From the IMG/VR virus record IMGVR_UViG_3300008114_001632: a stretch of 22,496 bases of DNA. One strand, 5' to 3'. This document shows, in pieces, positions 8,423-15,820 of the stretch (positions are counted from its first letter, which is position 1; every line of letters begins with the position of its first letter). Position numbers and translations under genes: made by a program. Below the pieces are notes generated by a model that ran no database searches, had not been told where the DNA came from, and saw nothing but the letters and a program-made list of their open reading frames with translations. Source of the DNA: a virus (taxonomy: Duplodnaviria > Heunggongvirae > Uroviricota > Caudoviricetes).

Positions 8423-9099
8423 GCGTAGGACTCGTAATACTTGTAGACTCTATCGTACCATTCTTTGCGCCATTCTTCGTATTCAGCAGGCCATATGTCA
8501 AACTGCTGATATTCACAATCTCTAGTACAAATAAACACATGCCCTTCACAAATATTTGTACCGTGCATTTCATTATGTGCTTCTGCATAAGCTACGAGCT
8601 GTAGAAAATAATCTTCAATCCACTCAACTTTCTTAGGTTTATTGCTTTGTTTAAAATCCATAATAGATGGATTGCCTTTGTAAACTCCTACTAGATCAGT
8701 AGTTCCAGCGTACATTTGTGGCACATATAAGTTTACTTCGCTGCCCCATATTTCGTCAACGTTTGAAAGAGCATGTTGTTTAATCTGTTCTGCCATCTTA
8801 TGTGCTTGTTGTGCGTAGGGATTTGAACCCGGACTAGGCCATACGGCAGTGTCTATGTAATCTTCAAGATATTTGTGCATGCGGGTTCCAACACCTGCTG
8901 CTTCTGTGGTAATTTCAGTAGCTTTTTGTTCGCCTATTCTTTTCCGCCAGGCGTGTAGATGTGTTTTATCTTTGGTAGCATCTAGTATTGTAGTTACTGA
9001 GGCTACAGCAAATCCGTCGGGCGTCAAATATTTTCTTTTTCCCTCTACTGACGTTCTTTCTATTTTTTCATACTTGTAACGCTCAACAATTAAAGTCAT
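8419..9099 (-). CDS. PD-(D/E)XK family exonuclease (RecB/MGME1-like)
   Basis: GTRMHKYLE, SEVNL, AGTTDL, IMDFKQS and YFLQLVAYA motifs. Confidence 0.9.
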   Translation of the reverse strand: MTLIVERYKYEKIERTSVEGKRKYLTPDGFAVASVTTILDATKDKTHLHAWRKRIGEQKATEITTEAAGVGTRMHKYLEDYIDTAVWPSPGSNPYAQQAHKMAEQIKQHALSNVDEIWGSEVNLYVPQMYAGTTDLVGVYKGNPSIMDFKQSNKPKKVEWIEDYFLQLVAYAEAHNEMHGTNICEGHVFICTRDCEYQQFDIWPAEYEEWRKEWYDRVYKYYESYA

Positions 9100-9122
9100 T
9101 ATAATTATACTCCTAGTTAACT

Positions 9123-9151
9123 ATACTACACTAGAAATAACTTTTTGTCAA
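9123..9151 (-). promoter_or_regulatory. Sigma70-type (early) promoter TTGACA-N17-TAGTAT
   Basis: Perfect -35 at 9146-9151, 17-nt spacer, -10 at 9123-9128, then AGGAG SD and the exonuclease ATG. Confidence 0.8.
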
Positions 9152-9155
9152 GCAA

Positions 9156-9776
9156 TTAAAATGCTTTTTCAAGAGATTCTGATTTAGACCAGCCTATCAA
9201 AAAGTTAGCCTTCCAATGGTTTTGTTCAAAGCCTTTTAGATCTTTCCATTGATCACGTTTGTTCCAAACACGTTGCGCCGCATCTTTCCAGTCCATGTGT
9301 CTAATTGTGTATTCTATACATATGAGTTGATTTTTAAACATTTCATAATTAACATTGTCGTGTTCTATGTGTAATACTTCAAACACTTCTCCACTAGGTG
9401 CTGTTGCATTTAGATCAAAGTCATAGCCCCATTTCTGTTTTGCTTGCAGTAGCATACGTGCTTGTGGAATTTCTTTAGAAATTTTAGTTAGTTGTTCAAA
9501 TGCATATTCTGCATAAGAGCACCGATGTAGTATTAGTGAATGATCTAAAAATAAATTATCATCTTCTAATTCAAACCAAGGTTCTTGCCAACACACATGA
9601 TTTAATATAGGATGATTGATAGGATATTGCATAGCGGAATAAAATTTGCGCTCTGCTTGATTTAACTCAAACCCGTCTTTGTCAAAATACTGAAAATCTT
9701 CTTTGTCTAGATTTTCAACTGCTCTAAGACACAACGGATTTGAAATTAACAAATAGTCCTGTCTGGCTAGTCGCAT
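9156..9776 (-). CDS. Hypothetical protein, 206 aa
   Basis: Long ORF; aromatic-rich; no motif recognised. Confidence 0.8.
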   Translation of the reverse strand: MRLARQDYLLISNPLCLRAVENLDKEDFQYFDKDGFELNQAERKFYSAMQYPINHPILNHVCWQEPWFELEDDNLFLDHSLILHRCSYAEYAFEQLTKISKEIPQARMLLQAKQKWGYDFDLNATAPSGEVFEVLHIEHDNVNYEMFKNQLICIEYTIRHMDWKDAAQRVWNKRDQWKDLKGFEQNHWKANFLIGWSKSESLEKAF

Positions 9777-9777
9777 G

Positions 9778-10164
9778 TTACAATTTGTCGTCTAAGTTAG
9801 TTGCTCGTTTAGCCATAGCGCCTACAGATGCTCCAGCATTTGATCTGTCACCTTGAGGTACATCTGATGGTGCTTTTTTAGTCTTAGGTTCTATTCCTCG
9901 TTCACTGAAGTTTGCTATTAGAGCTTTTATTCTAGGATCTGTGTCATAGGCTGCTTTGAAAGTATCGTAATGAAACTCTTCAGAATCTACATTCTGCATT
10001 AATTTATTAAGATCAAGATTCATCGCACCTGATTTAATTTCATTTGGTCTGGGCTTATTAAAATGCAAATAGGCAGTAGTACCTTTACGGTCTGCACTGC
10101 CTATTACTGTTCTTAAAACTTGTATTAGTTTTGTTGAGTCAATTGATGTTTCAGCTTCAGTTAC
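9778..10164 (-). CDS. 128-aa -1 frame extension (VTEAETSIDSTKLIQVL...NLDDKL), probably expressed as a fusion to 10161-10994
   Basis: Frame is open from 10164 through the TTG at 10068 used by the ORF track; no ATG/GTG/TTG or clear SD lies between the slip site and 10068. Confidence 0.7.
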   Translation of the reverse strand, partial: VTEAETSIDSTKLIQVLRTVIGSADRKGTTAYLHFNKPRPNEIKSGAMNLDLNKLMQNVDSEEFHYDTFKAAYDTDPRIKALIANFSERGIEPKTKKAPSDVPQGDRSNAGASVGAMAKRATNLDDKL

Positions 10165-10994
10165 TTTTTTTTTGAACTTAGTAATGTGCCTAATCTGCGG
10201 GAAAACTGTATTGATTCGCGCTTTGCACGACCAGCTTCTTCAGCACCACCTGCTGCTGGAGCGGCTGTTGCAAATTCATCTTCATCATCTAGAGTTGGTT
10301 CCATGTCATCGCCTATATCTCCGCCCATGTCTGGCAATGGCTCTTCATCGCCTACGTCTGCGCCCATTGTGTCTGTCGGCTCAGCTTCACCTGTTAGTTG
10401 TCCAACACCTTGTGTTAGTGCAACACGAGTAGTTTCCATTGCAGCATACAATGATTCTAGTGCAGGCTTAACTGAGTTAACAAATGCGTCTGCCTGTTCT
10501 TGGCCCATTTCATCACGCACTGCGTCAGCTAGGTCAAGCATAGATTCTGTCTGCATTTCTGCTGTGTCTTCCATCCAACCAGTAAGACGATCAACCATAT
10601 CTTTAGCTGCCATTACTAGCTCTGCATGATCTTCTGCGCCTTCAACTATTCTAGAATCTTCGTCTACAATTTTAGCAATTTTCTTTTTCTTTTCTTCTTT
10701 TTTACGCTTTTCATCAGCAGTCTTTTTAGGATCAGCTACATCTTCGCGCTCTAAAATAGCAGCATTTAAAACGTCTAGGAATAGTTTTGATTTTTGGTAG
10801 CTTTCGTTCTTAAGTACAGAACCAAAACTTTCATTTGTTTCTACTTGCGAAATCTTTGTGCGCAGTCTGTTTCGAGCATCCTGTAGTTGCTCAAGCGTAA
10901 AAGCACCGATATCGATTCTAGTGCCGAATCTTTTAGCTAAACTTTCGTTTAGGCTTTTAGCTGTCATTGGTTTAGATATTTCTCTAATATTCAT
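10161..10994 (-). CDS. Acidic, helical 277-aa protein, probable prohead core/scaffold-like or internal head protein
   Basis: MNIREI N-terminus, several [LIV]-x-E sites (SLNES, IVEGA), coiled-coil character and an acidic low-complexity linker; function is an inference. Confidence 0.6.
   Translation of the reverse strand: MNIREISKPMTAKSLNESLAKRFGTRIDIGAFTLEQLQDARNRLRTKISQVETNESFGSVLKNESYQKSKLFLDVLNAAILEREDVADPKKTADEKRKKEEKKKKIAKIVDEDSRIVEGAEDHAELVMAAKDMVDRLTGWMEDTAEMQTESMLDLADAVRDEMGQEQADAFVNSVKPALESLYAAMETTRVALTQGVGQLTGEAEPTDTMGADVGDEEPLPDMGGDIGDDMEPTLDDEDEFATAAPAAGGAEEAGRAKRESIQFSRRLGTLLSSKKK
10164..10170 (-). other. Candidate -1 slippery heptamer A_AAA_AAG (within an A9 run, 10165-10173)
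   Basis: Reads TCA AAA AAA AAG TAA in frame 0; the heptamer is correctly phased and immediately precedes the stop. Confidence 0.7.
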
Positions 10995-11027
10995 ATTAAC
11001 TCTTCCTAGTTTGAATAGCGTACACTT

Positions 11028-11033
11028 TATTTA
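11028..11033 (-). promoter_or_regulatory. TAAATA late-promoter-like motif
   Basis: CTAAATA in the 10995-11039 intergenic gap, 33 nt before the ATG at 10994. Confidence 0.65.
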
Positions 11034-11039
11034 GTCTTT

Positions 11040-11465
11040 TCATCCTAAGATGATTCGATCTAGCTGTTGTTTAGCTTCTGCAGTTCTGGATCTTGCTATG
11101 TCGTAACGCATTTCAAGTATGTCTTTCCTGTTATAATCTTTGGTAGTTTTAATGTTGTGCTTGTAAAATACACAATCATTATACCATTTTTGTATGTCTT
11201 GATCAAGGCTCATTATTCGTGTTTTATGATCAGTCCCAGAAGCCATTGATTTTGCTAGGGCTATTGCTGAAGTTTTGCAAAAAGTTTCAGCAATCTGCGC
11301 ATTGTACTCGCAATCAAAAATCCTAAAAAAACCTCGTTTGTTTTCTCTAACAACATATTTTCCTATGCGGATACTGTTTCCTTTTTGATATGGAAACTTA
11401 GCAGGATCAATCTTTACATCCAACAGTTCTTCTAGGTCTTGTATTAGTTTAATTTTGTTAATCAT
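11040..11465 (-). CDS. Hypothetical protein, 141 aa
   Basis: Overlap-coupled ORF in a co-oriented run. Confidence 0.75.
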   Translation of the reverse strand: MINKIKLIQDLEELLDVKIDPAKFPYQKGNSIRIGKYVVRENKRGFFRIFDCEYNAQIAETFCKTSAIALAKSMASGTDHKTRIMSLDQDIQKWYNDCVFYKHNIKTTKDYNRKDILEMRYDIARSRTAEAKQQLDRIILG

Positions 11466-11658
11466 TTTTAATCACCATAACAGAACCGTCGCTCCTTACT
11501 TTACTTATAAGACTTTTGCGCACTAGGTTTTCTATTATGAAACGATCACGTTCGTTGAATTCGTGTAGATAGGTTGCAGCTTGGATGCTGTTGTATACAC
11601 GAGCTTCGTCGTTGCTCATATGTATTGTAAACGAACTGATCAGTTGGTTGATTTTCAT
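11458..11658 (-). CDS. Hypothetical protein, 66 aa (MKINQLI...)
   Basis: ATGA-coupled to the upstream ORF. Confidence 0.7.
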   Translation of the reverse strand: MKINQLISSFTIHMSNDEARVYNSIQAATYLHEFNERDRFIIENLVRKSLISKVRSDGSVMVIKND

Positions 11659-11912
11659 ATTTCGTCGTCAAGCTCTACTTTATCGCCCGGTTTAATTGTT
11701 GTGTTTGGTTTAGACATAGTTGCTTGCCCGGGCTTCTGCTGTGCATTTGTACTTAATTTAACTTTTCCAGTAGCAGGATCTTTAGCTAGAGCTTGCGGAT
11801 TTTTCTTTAGATCAATCACAGTTTTAGTACCGTCGCCATTATCAATTTCTGCACTTTGATTAGGCATCACTTTAGTAACTTTTGAGGGCTGCATTACTTC
11901 TGAAATTTTCAT
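11655..11912 (-). CDS. Hypothetical protein, 85 aa (MKISEVM...)
   Basis: TAATG-coupled; carries the shared N-terminal motif. Confidence 0.75.
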   Translation of the reverse strand: MKISEVMQPSKVTKVMPNQSAEIDNGDGTKTVIDLKKNPQALAKDPATGKVKLSTNAQQKPGQATMSKPNTTIKPGDKVELDDEI

Positions 11913-12211
11913 TATATTTTCCTTGCTCTGTTTGTTGAATGTCTTGGTTTATTTAACTTCTTAAGTCTAAGAGATGCAGAATTTGATCGTTTTGTAAGTT
12001 TAGATTTAACCTTCATCGATCCGCCCTTTTTCTGTTTTGTTTGTTTTAGGGTAACACTCTTTTGTATGTCTATGGGCTTGTTGCATGCTGCTGGAGAACT
12101 CATAACTCTGCCCTTGCGAGGACCATATGTGCAGCGATACTTACGAACAGTTTTATTTCCCTTGCGGCCCCAAGTGTTTCCACCAGCTTCAAATAGTTCT
12201 CTAATAAACAT
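11912..12211 (-). CDS. Highly basic small protein, paralog 1 (99 aa)
   Basis: Lys/Arg-rich; WGRKGNKTVRKYRC..G.R.GR aligns with the adjacent ORF. Confidence 0.8.
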   Translation of the reverse strand: MFIRELFEAGGNTWGRKGNKTVRKYRCTYGPRKGRVMSSPAACNKPIDIQKSVTLKQTKQKKGGSMKVKSKLTKRSNSASLRLKKLNKPRHSTNRARKI

Positions 12212-12212
12212 A

Positions 12213-12500
12213 TCAGTGTTTCCTAGTTGATTTATTAAGCTGTTGAACTCTCTTGCTAGCTGAATTTACTCGCTTAGTTCTATTTGACTTTCTTGACAAT
12301 CTAGCACCCATACGTGCTTTTGTAACTTTTAATCTTTTGCTTTTCTTAAGATCCGGTGGTGCAAAACATTGACTCATGTTGGCTACAATACGCCCGTGCC
12401 GACGACCGCCCATGCATCTATATTTGCGAACGACCTTTTTTCCGCTACGTGCCCAGACTTGTTTCTCGTCAAGGCTTATGGTAAGTTCTCTTAATAACAT
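12213..12500 (-). CDS. Highly basic small protein, paralog 2 (95 aa)
   Basis: WARSGKKVVRKYRC..G.R.GR aligns with the adjacent ORF. Confidence 0.8.
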   Translation of the reverse strand: MLLRELTISLDEKQVWARSGKKVVRKYRCMGGRRHGRIVANMSQCFAPPDLKKSKRLKVTKARMGARLSRKSNRTKRVNSASKRVQQLNKSTRKH

Positions 12501-12505
12501 GCAGT

Positions 12506-12512
12506 TATTTAT
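12506..12512 (-). promoter_or_regulatory. ATAAATA late-promoter-like motif 5 nt before an SD-less ATG
   Basis: ATAAATA-actgc-ATG; a TCGGGA-ccta-TCCCGA hairpin (12512-12527) lies directly upstream. Confidence 0.7.
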
Positions 12513-12536
12513 CGGGATAGGTCCCGACTAAAGATT

Positions 12537-12857
12537 TCAGATTCCGAAGAATTTAAAAACAGTTTGAATAGTGAGATTGCCGGTCCATCCAAGACCTGCG
12601 ATGAATGCTAGAGATACCAAGCCGTATTTTAACAACTTGTCTTTGGCTTTTTCCATCTCTGCTATTTTAGCGGATAACTGTTTGTGTTGTTGGCAGCTGT
12701 CTTCATGCATACTGTGAAGCTGTGCTTTGAGCTCATCGCCTGTTCTGTCTAGACAATCGTGAATGTCCCTAACATCGATCTTGAGATCATCTATTTTTTC
12801 GTCTAAGTTTATTACCTTAGTTTCTACTATACCAAGTCGTTCTACTGTTGTAGCCAT
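12537..12857 (-). CDS. Coiled-coil protein with C-terminal hydrophobic anchor (XhlA/holin-like architecture)
   Basis: Heptad-rich N-terminus followed by YGLVSLAFIAGLGW; GGAG SD. Confidence 0.55.
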   Translation of the reverse strand: MATTVERLGIVETKVINLDEKIDDLKIDVRDIHDCLDRTGDELKAQLHSMHEDSCQQHKQLSAKIAEMEKAKDKLLKYGLVSLAFIAGLGWTGNLTIQTVFKFFGI

Positions 12858-12940
12858 TTTAGGCGTTCTCCGTGTATATTAAGTCAAGGTCCTTTCGGAC
12901 ATGTGTTTAAGTTGAAATCGCCTGTTGTGTGCCTTGTGTA

Positions 12941-13327
12941 TTATTTATCTAGTTGTTCAAAAATAATGTTTGTGTGATTAGGGTCTTGCGTTCTAAATAC
13001 GTTGGAGTCAAACTTTGCATCTTCTGTAAGGTCTGCAATAAATGGTACTAAATCAAAATCGTTAAGCATCATGTCTACTGATAAACTAGCTTCAGCTTCT
13101 ACATAAAACTCCGCAGTCCACACAGTTTTTTTGCCCTTAAAACTAGATCCAAATATCTTTGCATCTTCTTTAGAAACTTTTATATAAAAGTCAGTAGCGT
13201 TGGTGCGTAACCCTATGGTATTATAAAGGGTCATAAAGTTTGCTTGTTGTCTAGTAAGCTGGGGATCATCACCTTTTCTAGCTCGTGTTTCTGTTATATC
13301 AACAAGTGTCTTGATTTTAAATTTCAT
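12941..13327 (-). CDS. Hypothetical protein, 128 aa
   Basis: Clean ORF downstream of a terminator with its own TAAATA motif. Confidence 0.8.
   Translation of the reverse strand: MKFKIKTLVDITETRARKGDDPQLTRQQANFMTLYNTIGLRTNATDFYIKVSKEDAKIFGSSFKGKKTVWTAEFYVEAEASLSVDMMLNDFDLVPFIADLTEDAKFDSNVFRTQDPNHTNIIFEQLDK
12942..12948 (-). promoter_or_regulatory. ATAAATA late-promoter-like motif
   Basis: Overlaps the stop of the 128-aa ORF; ~85-nt UTR containing a GTCC-GAAA-GGAC hairpin (12889-12900). Confidence 0.6.
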
Positions 13328-13331
13328 CTAG

Positions 13332-13337
13332 TATTTA
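13332..13337 (-). promoter_or_regulatory. TAAATA late-promoter-like motif 4 nt before an SD-less ATG
   Basis: TAAATA-ctag-ATG, directly after the terminator. Confidence 0.7.
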
Positions 13338-13345
13338 ACAGCCGT

Positions 13346-13372
13346 AAAAAAGCCCACTGTAAAAGTGGGCTT
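13346..13372 (-). terminator. Rho-independent terminator
   Basis: AAGCCCACT-tttac-AGTGGGCTT stem followed by a T run on the minus strand. Confidence 0.9.
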
Positions 13373-13394
13373 AGTCTTCCCATCCCGGGGAATA

Positions 13395-13754
13395 TTACAT
13401 TGCGTACAATGAACTTGGCTCTGTTACAGTTAGTGTACCACCTGCTGTGAATGTCCAAACACCGCTTGATGTTAGGGAACCAGCACCAATGATACGACCA
13501 GCACGGATTGCTAGTGCATCAACATCCAATGCATGACGATCACCAAATGCAAGGATAGCAAGGCCATCACTCTTAACTTGGAATACTGCTGAAGTTGTAC
13601 CAATTTCGTCGGTTACTGGTGTTGCTGAAGTTGCTGTTAGAGCAACTGCGCCATCGGAACCGCTCAATACATATTTGTATACGGTTTGTTGGAATGTACG
13701 TTGTACTGTACCTAATGCTACTGCTGTTGGGTTAACTCTTGTTACTGAAGGCAT
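13395..13754 (-). CDS. Small Ala/Thr/Val/Gly-rich protein, probable abundant virion structural (decoration-like) protein, 119 aa
   Basis: Own TAAATA motif, 5' hairpin, strong AAGGAG SD and own terminator suggest high late expression; function inferred. Confidence 0.55.
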   Translation of the reverse strand: MPSVTRVNPTAVALGTVQRTFQQTVYKYVLSGSDGAVALTATSATPVTDEIGTTSAVFQVKSDGLAILAFGDRHALDVDALAIRAGRIIGAGSLTSSGVWTFTAGGTLTVTEPSSLYAM

Positions 13755-13810
13755 TTTATTTCTCCTTTATCAAAAATGCACATCTTCTCGCTCCGAGAAG
13801 TTGTTATAAT

Positions 13811-13816
13811 TATTTA
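13811..13816 (-). promoter_or_regulatory. TAAATA late-promoter-like motif, followed by a CTTCTCG-gag-CGAGAAG 5' hairpin (13784-13800)
   Basis: Seen directly in the 13755-13840 intergenic region. Confidence 0.75.
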
Positions 13817-13840
13817 GCACTTTGATTAAAAAGAGGCGAA

Positions 13841-14173
13841 TTAGCTCTTGTTTTTGGCTCTTTTATGCAGTAACTTGAGCTGTTGAATGTAGGCTGTACC
13901 AGAATTTACTATGTCTTCTACCATTTCAATGATAGGCATGTATCCTTCTACGAATGTACTAGGTACACTTTTACCTTCTTCTGCAAGCTCAACAAACTTT
14001 GTAGCTTTCATAGCGTTTTCTAATCCAACTAGGTAACCATAAAGAGCAACACGGCGTTGTTTAGAGAGACGCTCAACACGCCTACCTCGTATTCTGTCTA
14101 GGGCGTCTTCGTCAAGGTGTTGTTCAACAAGTCCTTCTTCGTACAGACCCTTAATGAAATTCATGTCTTTCAT
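13841..14173 (-). CDS. Hypothetical protein, 110 aa
   Basis: Coupled ORF; LYE/LVE/LDE sites near the N-terminus. Confidence 0.75.
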   Translation of the reverse strand: MKDMNFIKGLYEEGLVEQHLDEDALDRIRGRRVERLSKQRRVALYGYLVGLENAMKATKFVELAEEGKSVPSTFVEGYMPIIEMVEDIVNSGTAYIQQLKLLHKRAKNKS

Positions 14174-14174
14174 A

Positions 14175-14561
14175 TTATAGATATTTCTTTACAAACAATG
14201 CTGGAATTTCGTGATAGTCTTTGATGTCAAGAAAATCAGTTAAACCATTTGATGTTTGAATATCCTTAGTAAACTGCATTCTTACCTGCGGTTTTACTTT
14301 GTCAGTGGTTGCTAGCATACGTAATATTTGAGCTTGGTCTGCTGTAACTTTAAAAGTTTTGCCGTCGTCGGTAGTAACAGTGTTTAGAGGCTTAGGATTT
14401 TCTTGACTATCTAATACTTTTCCTAGTTGATTAAACATTGTTTCATTTTTAAAGCCGGGTGCATCTGCACCATCATCTTCTGGTCTAGCATCAAAGTCAT
14501 CTAGTACTTCTGCTGTGATTTGATTTAGGTGATTTTCAAATTCTTTTAGATAACTATTCAT
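14175..14561 (-). CDS. Hypothetical protein, 128 aa
   Basis: TAATG-coupled; acidic N-terminal region. Confidence 0.75.
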   Translation of the reverse strand: MNSYLKEFENHLNQITAEVLDDFDARPEDDGADAPGFKNETMFNQLGKVLDSQENPKPLNTVTTDDGKTFKVTADQAQILRMLATTDKVKPQVRMQFTKDIQTSNGLTDFLDIKDYHEIPALFVKKYL

Positions 14562-15820
14562 TAATCTCTCTCCACTGCTCTGTTAGCTTTTGTAAAAAAT
14601 TCCCTTGGAACAAGTTTGATATCGCCTTCAGGATGAGCTAGAACGTAACCTTCACCGCCGGCTTGTCCGTTAATACTTGCTTCTATGTCAGCACCGTGTT
14701 GATCTAGCTGTCCAATGATATCATCTTTAACACGCATAATTCCATCAACTACTTGCCATAGAGCATTAAAGCCTGATACATTCTTGTTGATCCACTCAAT
14801 CACTTTACGTTTCTTTGCTTCGCTAACTTTGCTAGATGCAAGCCAGCCTGCAAAGTCTTGTGCTAGATTGTTAATGCCTGTATCTACTTTTGAGTTTAGG
14901 TATGTGTAAAAGATTGTTGGTAAGTCGGTAAGCTGTCCTGCTTTGAGTTGTTCTGCATTTAACAGAGTATCCATAGCTTTAGCGTTTTTATTGATTAATT
15001 GTCTTAGCTGTTTTAAACTAGAGTCGTCAACTTCTGGAGGACGTTGTGCTGTTACAGAAGGTACTACTAATACTTCAGGACCGTTAACTATACTGTCAAT
15101 CTCGCCCGGCTTTAATGCACGTTCATTACCAATCTCATCAACGAATCTATGTACTACAATTCCTGTAGTACTTGCGCCAATGCGCTTGCCTATATCAGAA
15201 TTCTTATCTACAGCATATTGTACAACGTTAGGTTTGAATACATAGCGGCCGTCTTGTTCTGGAGGTGTTGTAAAATACAACAGGTCTCCTTTAAAGTAGC
15301 CTCTAAAGTTTTCGTCTGTAGCTCTTTCAAACTTATCAAATATATTTTTCATGTTACCTGCAAACTTTACGTATCCAGGATTTTCTCTGTTCTTGCCGCC
15401 TGAACGATTCAAGAACATGTCTTCTAATTCTTCTGCACTCTTTGATTTTCCGTCGTAACCTTTAGCAGTGAAACCACTCTTGTCCGTAAGGATAAAATTA
15501 CCTTCTTCATCACGTCCAAAAATAACTGCCGGACTACCATCCCACTTAATGGTAACATTCTTATGACCTCCGGTCTCTAATTTCTTTAGACTTTCTAATG
15601 CGCGAACTGCGCCTGCACTACCTTCCCAAAATATTAAATCTTCTGCGTGTTGTATGCGAGCACCTTCATCTAATTGCAACGACTCGTTGGTCTTTTCACC
15701 TACAAGTTTTCCATGCAAGGGATGATCAGTACGCCCCGCTTTGGCTTTTGGCATTTTATCTTTGCCTTTGGCCTGACCCTTAGAGCCAGTAGCATATTCT
15801 TTAAATTCGTAGAATCTCAT
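14561..15820 (-). CDS. Covalent-nucleotidyltransferase (RNA/DNA ligase or capping enzyme-like) fold protein, 419 aa
   Basis: Motif I TIKWDGSP (KxDG, 15536-15547), motif III-like FKGDLLY, motif IV-like GEGYV, motif V-like IKLV. Confidence 0.65.
   Translation of the reverse strand: MRFYEFKEYATGSKGQAKGKDKMPKAKAGRTDHPLHGKLVGEKTNESLQLDEGARIQHAEDLIFWEGSAGAVRALESLKKLETGGHKNVTIKWDGSPAVIFGRDEEGNFILTDKSGFTAKGYDGKSKSAEELEDMFLNRSGGKNRENPGYVKFAGNMKNIFDKFERATDENFRGYFKGDLLYFTTPPEQDGRYVFKPNVVQYAVDKNSDIGKRIGASTTGIVVHRFVDEIGNERALKPGEIDSIVNGPEVLVVPSVTAQRPPEVDDSSLKQLRQLINKNAKAMDTLLNAEQLKAGQLTDLPTIFYTYLNSKVDTGINNLAQDFAGWLASSKVSEAKKRKVIEWINKNVSGFNALWQVVDGIMRVKDDIIGQLDQHGADIEASINGQAGGEGYVLAHPEGDIKLVPREFFTKANRAVERD

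Noticed and set aside
8419-9099. Calling the PD-(D/E)XK nuclease Cas4 / evidence of a CRISPR system
   Set aside because: It lacks the Cas4 four-Cys Fe-S arrangement, no other cas genes are present, and no repeat-spacer array was seen in the window.
9778-10068. Independent 96-aa gene starting at TTG 10068
   Set aside because: Weak start inside a 10-bp stem, no properly spaced SD, and the frame is open 32 codons further up to the slippery site. Not fully excluded.
10172-10629. Plus-strand ORFs 10172-10432 and 10186-10629
   Set aside because: Antisense to the low-complexity Ala/Asp/Glu linker; composition explained by the sense codons.
13377-13392. TTCCC-N6-GGGAA hairpin after the 119-aa gene
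   Set aside because: Only 5 bp with no U tract; the adjacent 9-bp stem is the convincing terminator.
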